Source of the DNA: Eledone cirrhosa
Taxonomy: Eukaryota
Direction: 5' to 3'
Assembly: GCA_964016885.1 (NCBI GenBank)
Contig: OZ024745.1
Location: 131,998,001 to 132,062,000, forward strand
Length of the DNA stretch: 64,000 bases
Both the position numbers and the translations under genes were made by a program. Shown here in pieces: positions 41,275 through 53,430 of this stretch; within the stretch, counting starts at the first letter, position 1, and the number at the start of each line of letters is the position of its first letter. The notes beneath the pieces were generated by a model. That model made no database searches. It had not been told where the DNA came from and saw only the letters and a program-made list of their open reading frames with translations.

Positions 41275-41545
41275 CCATCATTATCATCATCACCATTTTA
41301 TGTCAATGATTCTACACTAGTTAGACGAGTTGTCCTGTTGTGGGCAATGTTAGGTCAGGTGACCATGTCTTGCTCATACGAGACTGATTTTGGCTTGATT
41401 TCTATAGCTAGATGCCCTTCCTAACACCAACCTCATTTACAGTGAGTACTGGGTGCTTTTTGTTGTGACACCTACATGACCACTTTACAGAGTGGACTGG
41501 GTGCTTTTTGTTGTGACACCTACATGACCACTTTACAGTGTGAAC
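41275..41545 (-). mobile_element. SINE/non-autonomous element with an RTE-like tail
   Basis: Reverse-complement homolog of 1636-1845. Confidence 0.6.
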
Positions 41546-41582
41546 ATTTTTTTTTTATTTGAATTTGGCAAAGCGGGCCATT

Positions 41583-41984
41583 TATCGCTCGTATACAGGA
41601 AACTGACTGGCCAGTTTGCTTATATGCAAATCTGGCTGATCAGTAGATCTGCTAATATGCAGATCTGACTGATCAGCCAGTCAGCTAATATGCAAATCAG
41701 GCCAATGAGTCACTGTATATTTTAAAAAATATCATATACGTATATTCACTAGATCTGACAGTTGGCAGGTGAACAGTGAACTGTACTGATGAAGGGTAAT
41801 ACCCAGAAACATTAGTGTCTGCAGTTATGTTTAAATGCCAACACAGGAGCAAGAATGAGGGGTTCATTCTACTGACATGGCTTTAAAAATGAGGCTTGTT
41901 TGCATAGTTGGAAACCAAGCGAATATTATTATTAATATTTGAAAAACTCAGATTTCATTTATTGTATTTAGCCATGCAGAGTGA
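41583..41984 (+). mobile_element. Octamer/hammerhead repeat unit, copy 2
   Basis: Three 33-bp subrepeats with ATGCAAAT (41624, 41690) or ATGCAGAT (41657); hammerhead at 41779-41826. Confidence 0.65.
41779..41826 (+). ncRNA. Type I hammerhead ribozyme candidate
   Basis: Stem I aactgta/tgcagtt, core CTGATGA, stem II gggt/accc (flanked by A.A), GAAA, stem III aca-ttag-tgt, GTC cleavage triplet. Confidence 0.6.
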
Positions 41985-42044
41985 AAATTTTTTTTTATAT
42001 ATATATGTAAGTATAGCTGTATACAAATATATATATATATTATT

Positions 42045-42246
42045 AATTATAAATATAAGCTATCGCCGTATTTTGACTAAAGAACTCAAAGAAATTATTT
42101 AGCCTGATAGTGGGGTTAAGAACCCTCGGAGAAATGGAAAAAGATGAGTATTGACGTACGTCAATACTCATCTTTTTCCACTATCAGGCTAAATAATTTC
42201 TTTAAGTTCTTTAGTCAAAATACGGCGATAGCTTATATTTATAATT
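42045..42246. repeat. Nested palindrome: 69-bp outer arms around a perfect 46-bp inner palindrome
   Basis: Outer arms 42045-42113 and 42178-42246; inner palindrome 42135-42180. Confidence 0.9.
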
Positions 42247-42304
42247 TCAAACTCGCTCGCTGTTTCGAAAATATTCTTACTTATATATATATATATATAC
42301 ATAT

Positions 42305-42546
42305 ATTTGTTTTGTGATGTTTTTGATATGAAATCATGCGTCGAAACAAATATTGTTATACTTGGGGAGGGTCATATTGTTGTAATAATATTGCCAGAAA
42401 CAATAACAGAACACACTCACCAACGGAATTAACTGTGGAGATATAAAAGATACAAAAGCGAAAACCAACCAAACAGTGAGTGTGTTCTCTTATTAATTCT
42501 GGCAATATTATTACAACAATATGACCCTCCCCAAGTATAACAATAT
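42305..42546. repeat. Inverted pair of Penelope-LTR-like fragments
   Basis: atattgttatacttggggagggtcata and tatgaccctccccaagtataacaatat; the same sequence occurs at 7450-7540 and 43550-43630. Confidence 0.75.
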
Positions 42547-42547
42547 A

Positions 42548-42588
<41 letters not shown>

Positions 42589-42755
42589 AAATATATATGT
42601 AAGTATAGCTGTATATAAATATATACAAAAATATGGGTAATATTAAATATTATCCAGTTACAAATATGAAAATAACCCAATGTAAAATACCAAGTATACT
42701 ACAGAGTTTAAATACAATAGAAATGACAATCAAAGAGTGTTTAAAACATTTAATC

Positions 42756-42800
42756 ACTTACAATAGTTTCATCCCAGCACAAGGCCGATATCATCAGAGT
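42756..42800 (-). ncRNA. Minimal hammerhead-like motif (Penelope LTR type)
   Basis: Minus strand: act CTGATGA tatcggccttgtgctgggat GAAA ctattgta agt. Confidence 0.45.
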
Positions 42801-43640
42801 AGATAATAAAGGTCAAACACAAATATAATACCAGAAGAACATTAGGAGGATACATAATATGGGAGGTTAGATAAACATAAGTATCAACATTTATAAAAGA
42901 TAAGAGGTGGAAGAAGCATATGAAGAATAGTAGCAGATAAATGCAATAAATATTAGGAGCAGATAAAAGCAATAGAAATTAAAAATTAGAAATTAAAAAT
43001 TAGAAAATGTTGTTACAGAAAAGTTAAGTACAGTGAACAAATTTGTATCATAAGTAGTTAAGGAAATTAAAAAAGTCAATAAGAGAAGGCATGCAATTCA
43101 AATATAAATTTAAAAATACATCTCCAAAATATATTAAAAAAAATATATTTAAAAAACACATTTAAAAAAAGTTTCGATGCACGTGTAGCATAGCCAGGTA
43201 TTACAGGCAGGTGCAAGGCTATACATTCGACTACATAATTCAATCATAATAATAATTATTTTTCAAAGTGTCAAAAGGAGCTAATGTAATGTTGAGTAAA
43301 TAAATACAAAGTAAAAAATCTAATATATATGGAAGTATTATCAATTACGCACGCAAGACATCATCTAAAGCACCACACAGTTGAACAGAGGAGACAAAGG
43401 GATATATGATCAAGGGAACAAATCATACATGTCTTGAGTGCCTAATTGATAACACATATATTGGATTTTTTTTCTTTGATGATTGTATTTATAAGTAATT
43501 TATAATAAATTGAAGTGAGACCAACAGGTGTGTATTTTTTTGTTGGCTGCATGACCCTCCCAAAGTATAACAATATCTGTTTCAACACACGTCTTCAGAT
43601 AAGAAATCTTGCAAAACAAATTCTAAAACAAAGTATATAT

Positions 43641-43730
<90 letters not shown>

Positions 43731-43747
43731 ATATATACTTTGTTTTA

Positions 43748-43807
<60 letters not shown>

Positions 43808-44084
43808 TTAGAATATATATATATATATATATATATATTTAAGAAAATTAACAAAGAGAGGACAAGTCAACGAATGGAAACAAAACAAATCAAAGAAAAT
43901 TTTTTAAGGGAAAACTTAAAAATATATTTTTTAAAGATAAAAATAAAAAAGGACACAGAACTCCATGGTGATTGGTCGTTGAGATGGAAGTTGTCAGTTT
44001 CGACCCCTACCAACAGTCCTGTTGGTTCAACTGATGTGTATATATGTATCTAAATGTACATATATATATATATGTATGTATCTG

Positions 44085-44339
44085 TCTTAAGCCAGAAGGC
44101 TCTTTTGGCCAGTGCTTATCCCGGTTTCATGGCATGAAGCGACTGAGAGTACAAGACTCCCCTCCCTGGACAGGACGCCAGTCCATTGCAGGATTCTCAT
44201 TTTTAGCTGGGTATACTGGAGCAACGTGAAATGAAGTATTTTATTCAAGAACACAACACACAACCCATCCCAGGAATTGAACCCACGACATTATGATTGT
44301 AAGTCCAACACCCTTACCACTAAGCCACGTGCTTCCATA
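44085..44339 (-). mobile_element. tRNA-derived SINE (second family)
   Basis: A-box tggcttagtgg, B-box ggttcaattcc, central ttcacgttgctccagt; homolog at 63795-64000. Confidence 0.8.
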
Positions 44340-44344
44340 TGTAT

Positions 44345-45395
44345 GTGTAATATTGCGTCTCATATTTGGCCAGAAGAATCTAGCCGTTATGAGTTTTACT
44401 GTGGCAGAAGATCCTGGATGTGAAATGCCGTGTAAAACAAGAAACACAATTCGACGATAGTTCAACGGAACAAAAGGGCGTGGCGCATCCAAAGAGACGT
44501 CGCGGTTGATAATGGTAGGTATTTCATCCTGCAATTCACAAATTCAGACGATGTAACATCCAACGATTCGAGGGTAGGCTGATCGGCTGGCAAGCGATTC
44601 AAATCTATGTCATCGGACGTCGAGATCGAAGCAATCGGCAAACGAGACAGGGTGTCGGCCGCTGTATTCATAGAACCCGGAATATGTTGAATATCATTAG
44701 TAAATTGAGAGATGAGGTCGAGATGTCTAGTTTCTCTGGGCGAGTATTTGTTGCCCTTTGCTTGCAAGGCGAATTTCAACGGCTTGTGGTCCATGAAGAT
44801 GGTGAACGTTCTTCCTTCAAGCATGTGCGAAAAATGCTTCACCGATAAGTATATAGCTAACAACTCCTGTCCAAAGGTGCTGTAGATCATTCCTTCTTTG
44901 TTGCAAAACTGCGCCCACGGCGAAAGCTTAGCATTGGACACTGGGTGAGCCAGCAAAGATGCATTGGCTAGAGCAATTTTCGCATTCTCAAAATCCTCGA
45001 GCTGAGTTTCATTCAAAGAAATGTCTTTATTTTTCTTTCGGCAATTTTTCAAAATTTCCGTCAAAGAGAAGAGTAGCTTAGCACAATTAGGCACAAACCG
45101 CCTATAAAAATTAATCAGCCCCAAGAATTGGCGCAACTGACGAAGTGAGGTTGGTGGAGGCAAATCCTCTATAGCTTTAACTCTCTCAGGAATAGGTCGA
45201 ATACCGTCAGCGTCAATGACGTGGTCCAAAAAATTCAGAGATTCGGAACCAAAAACACATTTTGATGGATTAATCCGAACATTGTAATCCTTCAAACGAC
45301 AAAATAGAAGGTCCAGATGGCGCAAATGTTGCTCTGGAGAAGAGCTAGCAACAAGAAGATCATCAATATATGTGTATACGAAATCGTTCCCGCAA
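44345..45395 (-). mobile_element. Ty3/Gypsy pol fragment (RT C-terminus, partially deleted RNase H, integrase zinc-finger start)
   Basis: YTYIDDLL, INPSKC.F, LRQFLGLINFYRRFVP, YSTFGQELLAIY, DHKPL, N.AADTLSR, HGISHPG..AT.KL...RFFWPNM. Confidence 0.9.
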
Positions 45396-45539
45396 CTGAC
45401 TCATGGAAATTTTAGTTTCACTGATCCAAACCACGCCACGGAGCATTTTATTACTACTACTGGTGCTCCGGTTTTTTCGCGTCCCCGTCGATTGCCAGCG
45501 GACTAACTGAAAGCAACACGGTCCGAGTTCGATCATACA

Positions 45540-45933
45540 TGTAGAAGATCACGCCACCTAGCTTTGACTTTGGAGGCAGTCGATTAACTGCCCTTAGTTC
45601 TGACGTCACGTTCTGACGTCAGTAGCTGAATACACTCTTTTTTTCTTTATATGTACATGAGAATTTTAATCAGAGCAATAAACAAAACAGGGTATCATAT
45701 CAGTTGCCCCTTGATTGGTAATTCGTAATTATCATTTCGTGGCGGTGTTCAATTATCCGGTGACCGCATGGTGTGATATTGCTGTTTTGCCACAGTGAAA
45801 TGCGTCTGCTCGCATCAACACACGAAGTTGAAAAGAGAGTGTATTCAGCTACTGACGTCAGAACGTGACGTCAGAACTAAGGGCGGTTAATCGACTGCCT
45901 CCAAAGTCAAAGCTAGGTGGCGTGATCTTCTAC

Positions 45934-45934
<1 letters not shown>
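45540..45934. repeat. TG...CA-bounded element with 99-bp terminal inverted repeats (LTR-derived or MITE)
   Basis: Arms 45540-45638 and 45836-45934 differ at one base by my reading; 197-bp spacer. Confidence 0.9.
45601..45873. promoter_or_regulatory. Four full CRE motifs (TGACGTCA)
   Basis: At 45601, 45614, 45853 and 45866; function untested. Confidence 0.5.
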
Positions 45935-45998
<64 letters not shown>

Positions 45999-46637
45999 GT
46001 TATATATATATATACATATATATATGTGCGTTTGTGTATGGGTTTATTTATGTCATATTTTATTATTTATATATATCAATAAGAATGGATATAAAGTTTG
46101 TAAAGCTGAGTTTTATGGATTATGTTTTTGACATTCAAAATATCAGAATATTCACAGTATGTTTGGTATTTTTGTGATTTCAAAATACATTGGTATTCTT
46201 AAGGCTTCATCTTGTATTGGCTTTAATTGATTTATGAAAATATCTGACAGTAATACCACAATTGACTATGGCTAGTTGAAGCATTGATAATCAAATACCA
46301 TTCCTCAGTCTTATAGCAAAAATAGACTATTGTTGAATATTAAACACAAAGATATTCTGTATATTCCTATATATAATGCTGCTATATTTGGGAACTGGCA
46401 AGGTTATGTGGATAGGATAAGAAGTTAGTTATATTATCAGGTGGTTTTTTAGTTAGGTGCATCACAGTGCCACCTTTAACAGTTATCTCCAAACACAATA
46501 CCTGATTGATCAATTATCTTATAAGTGAAATTTGATCAAAGTAATACACACACACACATATACAAATATATATATATATATTTTTAAATGTAAACATTTT
46601 CTGTAACTGTTGGCTGCTGATTGCTTTGGTGAGACTA

Positions 46638-46811
46638 TAATTATTTCTACTTTGGTCACAAGGGCACCAATTACCCCAATGTATTACTGGTGCTTTATTT
46701 TATCGATGCTGTAAGGATGAAAGGCTCAGTTAACCTCGGAGGGATTTGAACTCAGATCATAAAGGGCCGTAACTCTTTGCTGCAGAGCATGGTGTCCGAC
46801 CCTCTACCGAT
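46638..46811 (-). mobile_element. Nin/Deu-like SINE
   Basis: Homolog of 16848-17035. Confidence 0.8.
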
Positions 46812-46977
46812 GAGGCTTTATCATTGAATAACTGGTTTTGAAAAGTCCCAGAAAGGGGATGAAATGTTCGTAAATCACCATTTAATGTATTAATTGTATT
46901 TGGTGTTTATTTTAATGAATAATTTACTTCTGGTGTAATTGTTATTTTTAGCACAATAGGATTTTGTATACATAACA

Positions 46978-48439
46978 TTTTGGTACAATACATAGTGGTA
47001 CAATACATAGTGTTACAATACATAGTTGTACAATACATAGTGGTACAATACATAGTGGTACAATACATAGTGGTACAATACATAGTTGTACAATACATAG
47101 TGGTACAATACATAGTTGTACAATACATAGTTGTACAATACATAGTGGTACAATACATAGTTGTACAATACATAGTGGTACAATACATAGTGTTACAATA
47201 CATAGTTGTACAATACATAGTAGTATAATACATAGTGGTACAATACATAGTGGTACAATACATAGTTGTACAATACATAGTGGTACAATACATAGTGGTA
47301 CAATACATAGTGGTACAATACATAGTGTTACAATACATAGTTGTACAATACATAGTGGTACAATACATAGTGTTACAATACATAGTGGTACAATACATAG
47401 TGGTACAATACATAGTTGTACAATACATAGTTGTACAATACATAGTGGTATAATACATAGTGGTACAATACATAGTGGTACAGTACATAGTGGTACAATA
47501 CATAGTTGTACAATACATAGTGGTACAATACATAGTGGTACAATACATAGTTGTACAATACATAGTGGTACAATACATAGTGTTACAATACATAGTTGTA
47601 CAATACATAGTAGTATAATACATAGTGGTACAATACATAGTGGTACAATACATAGTGGTACAATACATAGTGGTACAATACATAGTGTTACAATACATAG
47701 TTGTACAATACATAGTGGTATAATACATAGTGTTACAATACATAGTGGTACAATACATAGTGGTACAATACATAGTGGTACAATACATAGTGTTACAATA
47801 CATAGTTGTACAATACATAGTGGTATAATACATAGTGGTACAATACATAGTGGTACAATACATAGTGGTACAATACATAGTGTTACAATACATAGTTGTA
47901 TAATACATAGTGGTATAATACATAGTGGTACAATACATAGTGGTACAATACATAGTGGTACAATACATAGTTGTACAATACATAGTTGTACAATACATAG
48001 TGGTATAATACATAGTGGTACAATACATAGTGGTACAGTACATAGTGGTACAATACATAGTTGTACAATACATAGTTGTACAATACATAGTGGTATAATA
48101 CATAGTGGTACAATACATAGTGGTACAATACATAGTGGTACAATACATAGTGGTATAATACATAGTGGTACAATACATAGTGGTACAATACATAGTGGTA
48201 CAATACATAGTTGTACAATACATAGTTGTACAATACATAGTTGTACAATACATAGTTGTACAATACACAGTGGTACAATACATAGTGGTACAATACATAG
48301 TTGTACAATACATAGTTGTACAATACATAGTTGTACAATACATAGTTGTACAATACACAGTGGTACAATACATAGTGGTACAATACATAGTTGTACAATA
48401 CATAGTTGTACAATACATAGTGGTACAATACATAGTTGT
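46978..48439. repeat. 15-bp minisatellite (TGGTACAATACATAG)n, about 97 units
   Basis: Strict 15-bp period with substitution variants only. Confidence 0.97.
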
Positions 48440-49211
48440 CCCTTTTTACCCAGGGTAGTTTTGTCTTCTCTGAGGATGAACATATATATATCTTACAAAG
48501 TTTTGGTGTAAATATAATCTAGCAAAACCTTGTAGGCGATGCTCCAGAATGGTCAGAGTCTAGAAACTGAAACCAGTAAAAGAATAAAAGAATATAGTCT
48601 TTTCTCTGAGGAAAATAATAGCTTTCAAAACATTATTTATTTATACAGTGAAAATTCAAAAAAATCTTTGATATAACAAAGAATTTGTTTTAGAATAGAA
48701 TTTAGCAATAAAGAATTAGTGGTAAGTGTTTAATTGTTGCTCATACAGTCTTGTTAATCTTTAATATCAAAGAATATAAGTTAAAATAGTAGGAATTCAA
48801 GAAACTTGAATTATTTTCCACGACAATCTTTTTTATTCCTTTATTTTCACATACTTCTACAATAATTTTCAGGAAATTCTTTAGAAATTCTAACAAAATA
48901 CTTTGACTTGTGTTTAATGTTAATCTAATACTAAAATCGTGAATGGAGTTTTTGGTTATTTCAGAAATATCAATGAAGAGCTCAAATTCTTTCACACACT
49001 TCACCTACTTCAGGAAATCTATGTATTATTGTGCAAGAGCCATCCTTCTGGGATATGTACTTAAACTATTGCTACATCTAGTTTTCTTCACTTCCTTTAC
49101 CTCATTCTCTGTCTTTCATATCGAACTACTTGAATACTTTCTAAATGTTCTGTGAGAAACTTTAGGAAACTTAATCCTCTTCCTGCTCTTCTTATTTTCT
49201 TCTTATCCTTT

Positions 49212-49221
49212 GCTCTCTCCT

Positions 49222-49311
<90 letters not shown>

Positions 49312-49325
49312 TCTCTATCTATCTA
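49212..49325. repeat. (CT)n microsatellite
   Basis: Directly visible. Confidence 0.9.
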
Positions 49326-49357
49326 TCCTTCCATGTTCTTATTCCATTTTTTCTTCT

Positions 49358-50162
49358 TTATATATGTACTTTATATATGCACTTTATATATGTACTTTAT
49401 ATGTGTACTTTATATATGTACTTTATATATGTGCTTTATATATGTACTTTATATATGTACTTTATATATATACTTTATATAGGTACTTTATATAGGTACT
49501 TATATATGTACTTTATGTCTGTACTGTACATATGTACTTTAAGCCTGTACTGTATATATGTACTTTATACATGTACTTTATACCTGTACTTTATTCCTGT
49601 ACTGTATATATGTATTTTATGTCTGTACTGTATATATGTACTTCATATCTGTACATTATATATGCACTTTATGTCTGTACATTATATATGTACTTTATGT
49701 CTGTACTGTGTATATGTATTTTATGCTTGTACTTTATACATGTACTTTATATATGTACTTTATGCCTGTACTTTATATCTGTACTTTATGTCTGTACTGA
49801 ATATATGTACTTTATATCTGTTCTCTATATATTTCCTTTATGTCTGTACTTTATATATGTACTTCATGTCTGTACTGTATATATGTACTTTATGCCTGTA
49901 TTGTATATATGTACTTTATGTCTGTACTGTATATATGTACTGTATATATGTACTTATATATGTACTTTATGCCTGTACTTTATATCTGTACTTTATGTCT
50001 GTACTGAATATATGTACTTTATGTCTGTTCTCTATATATTTCCTTTATGTCTGTACTTTATATATGTACTTTATGCCTGTATTGTATATATGTACTTTAT
50101 GTCTGTACTGTATATATGTACTTTATATATGTACTTTATGCCTGTATTGTATATATGTACTC
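49358..50162. repeat. Degenerate ~14-bp AT-rich minisatellite (TATATGTACTTTA / GTCTGTACTG)
   Basis: Directly visible. Confidence 0.85.
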
Positions 50163-50372
50163 ACATCAGTTTTCTCCTCTTTCCTATTTAGTAATTCACA
50201 AAGCAGTTCTTTACCTCCTGTAGTAAAACAAGTTGTACTTCATTTTTTGGTTTATTTTAAATGTTTCTTTAAATTTACTTCTTATTCTAGTTTTGATCTC
50301 TTACAACTCTTGGCCACAAAATTCCCAAGACAAAAGAGAAGAAATAGATCTTATGATGACCATGCTCTTGTA

Positions 50373-50612
50373 TTAACCCTTTAGTTACCAACCCAGCCAA
50401 AACCAGCTCTGGTTCTATGAAATAAAACCATCCATTTTAAAGATTTCCAACTTAAATTAGAATCTTCCAACATAATTTTATATAAGAATCTTACATTATT
50501 TTACTATCTTAGTAATGAAATAATTATATTTTTAGTAAATCCCTCAAACTTCTTCATTAATTAATTAAAATATAGTGTATTTTCATTAGAAATGCAGCCA
50601 CGAAAGGGTTAA
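50373..50612. mobile_element. piggyBac-like MITE with TTAA duplication
   Basis: TTAA-cccttt ... aaaggg-TTAA. Confidence 0.75.
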
Positions 50613-50835
50613 TCCATGATAATACATAAATTGTAGTTGCTGGAATAGTAAGCCACACAATCTTATTTGTAATTATAAGGTAACATAGAACTATAACTCT
50701 ACCAAAAACCATCTAACACTAGGCTACTCTGGGGCTTGGAATAGACATCTGGGAGTTTCAACAATGAGTATTCCACAGGCTTGACCAATAGACTGGGCAT
50801 GAAATGACTGAGTAAATGGCAGAAGATTCCACTGA

Positions 50836-51132
50836 CACCACCACCACCACCACCACTAACATCACTAATACCACCACTAACATCACCACCAGCACCACTA
50901 ACACCACCACTACCACTAACACCACCACCACTAACACCACCACTAACACCACCACCACCACCACACTAACACCCCTAACACCACCACCACCACCACCACC
51001 ACTAACACCACCACCACCACCACCACCACCACCACAACCACCACTAACACCACCACTAACACCACCACCACCACAACAACCACCACCACTAACACCACAA
51101 CCCCACCACCACCACTAACACCACCACTAACA
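50836..51132. repeat. Degenerate (ACC)/(ACTAACACC) repeat
   Basis: Directly visible. Confidence 0.85.
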
Positions 51133-51134
51133 AT

Positions 51135-51944
51135 GGAAGAGTTGGCTTATATTTAAGGTCAATATTTGGATGATTTTCACCAACTTCAAATTCTACGTAA
51201 ATAAGGTACAAAAATATCTTGAGTGATTATTTCACAATAAAACATTTACTATATCGTCATGAACAATGAAACACTGTTTTCTACATTTACTATATCGTCA
51301 TGAACAATGAAACACTGTTTTCTACATTTACTATATTGTCATGAGTTTTATTTATGCCTTGAGAACATTCCCAACAAATTATTATTATTTGGACTTTTTA
51401 ATACATAAATACCCCCTACACACACACATATGCACACACACACATGTGCACACACACACACTTGTGCACACATACACACACATGTGCACACATACACACA
51501 CATGTGCACACACACACATACACACATGTGCACACACGCACACACATCTGGCAATTGTTTTTCTCTTTGATTTAATTATTCTTCTTTCAATTTTGTTTTG
51601 ATATATTTAGCTCTCTCTCGCACTTACCCTCTCTTTTTCTCACCCTGCCTCTTCCCACGCTCTCTTCCTCCTCCTTCTACTCTCAATCCTTATACAGTGT
51701 TCTCTTAGTTGATCCCCCCCCCCACTTAGTGTTTTTAACAATCTCCATAATGGTTAAAACATTTTAAATATCAAAATATTAAAACTTAGTAAATATTTTC
51801 TCCACTCATAATAATTTCAAAACTACACCATAACGAGTTGATTAGCTGCCTAGGGTTATAAACAGGGTCTGAATTTTTGCCCATTTCTCAGACATAAAAT
51901 AATGGAGGAGGCGGGGAGCAGATTATATTCGAGTATATACAGTA
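51135..51944 (+). mobile_element. pogo-like MITE copy
   Basis: Homologous to 2490-3284; ends gattatattcgagtatatacag followed by TA. Confidence 0.65.
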
Positions 51945-52015
51945 ATTGCATTGCATTCAGAGTCTATGGCCAATGAAACTTTGATTGACATGCATGAAGA
52001 AAACAAAGAAGATAT

Positions 52016-52082
<67 letters not shown>

Positions 52083-52102
52083 GATGATGACGAGGATGAT
52101 GA
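52016..52102. repeat. (GAT)n microsatellite
   Basis: Directly visible. Confidence 0.9.
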
Positions 52103-52688
52103 AAACAAGGAAATCACATCAAATAAAAGTTTGACAGGGAAGAAAATTAATGAAGCTTATTCATATCATGAACATTCTCGAAGAATATGACCTCAATGTA
52201 GCAAGAAGTTCACAGGTTTGTAGAACTATTCTGAAAAATACACTGTGTGCCACAGACTCCATTATCAAGATGAAACAAAATAAATAATAACTGATAATTA
52301 ATCTGTATAAAACTATTGTATAATTATATCAATAAATATTTTTTATTGATTAATCAAGTTTTATTGTCGTTAATTTTCCTAATTCTGTGTCATGGATCAG
52401 GTGCATCTATTTTATCTGTTAAAATAAACCCATTGACTGCAGGAGACAAGGATTAAGAGGAGCATATTACCTTTTATATTTGGAGTGTCAAAATTCCCCC
52501 AGAGAAACCTAAATCTCATAGGAATGGAACCCCTAATTAATATATAATTCAATGACTCAAGATTTGTACATTCATTCATATTTAGATCTCAGGGAATAGA
52601 ACTCCCTGAGTAATATGTAATTCAATGATTGATTTAAGATTTGGAAATTCAACTTTCATGCACTGAACGCAACTGATATGAAGGACTG

Positions 52689-52729
<41 letters not shown>

Positions 52730-52733
<4 letters not shown>

Positions 52734-52924
52734 CAAAGAAGGTGTGGTAAGAAACCAGGTGGACCATAACGAACCAGAGTACTCGATACTTAGGGTAGTA
52801 AGGTGGGTAATAGGAAAAGAGTCAGGACCCCAACGGCTGAGCTCCGGCCGTTTCGACAGCTAGATCCGATCTAGCTGTCGAAATGGCCTGAGCTCAGCCA
52901 TTGGGGTCTGGACTCTTTTCCTAT
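52730..52924. mobile_element. Penelope-LTR-like fragment ending in a hairpin with 57-bp arms, inserted in (TA)n
   Basis: Homologous to 6373-6495; arms 52810-52866 and 52868-52924. Confidence 0.7.
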
Positions 52925-53052
52925 ATATATATATATATATATATATAACATTTGTAAACCAATAAATATATTTGTTCAAGAATTTAGTTCTGTATTCTCT
53001 AAGAATTAATTTATAGTCTAACCCACGCTAGTGTAGAAGATGGAAGTTAAAC

Positions 53053-53083
<31 letters not shown>

Positions 53084-53299
53084 AACGCTCTACCTATCCA
53101 CTTTTTGCTTGACATATGATTCTCTTGCTTACTTTCATTGTTTGCTTGTCTAGCATTTTATATGTATTGAGCACACTGTCCTCTTCACTACTGGCTTATA
53201 ATTATCACAACTAATCTCCTATCTCTCCTTCTTGATTAGTTTGTACACTTACTTTTGATAAATAGATATAAATAAATATATATATATATATGTGTGTGT

Positions 53300-53430
53300 G
53301 TGTGTAAAAAACAAACAGAAATAACAAAGCAAACGACACAGTACATTGAAGAAATGTATTAGCTTAATGCTTGAAATAACAGGAAAAGAGTCTTGATGTT
53401 TTGGAAATTAGTCCTTCATCAGAAGTAGAG
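53300..53430 (-). mobile_element. Penelope-LTR-like fragment with a degenerate hammerhead
   Basis: Reverse-complement homolog of 63283-63416 and 9788-9900. Confidence 0.55.

Noticed and set aside
44230-44339. tRNA gene (also 63795-63870)
   Set aside because: A/B boxes are present but there is no convincing acceptor stem, and the sequence continues into a shared SINE body
45540-45934. DIRS-type inverted terminal repeats
   Set aside because: The adjacent coding fragment has Gypsy RT-RNaseH-integrase order, no tyrosine recombinase is seen, and both arms lie on one side of it
46907-48483. 508/511-aa ORFs (MYCTT and LCIVP repeats)
   Set aside because: Translations of a 15-bp minisatellite; several frames are open and there is no unique coding flank
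49152-50384. 410-aa ORF
   Set aside because: Composed of a CT microsatellite and an AT-rich minisatellite
51951-52190. Acidic poly-Asp protein ORF
   Set aside because: A (GAT)n microsatellite with short flanks; no splice or homology support
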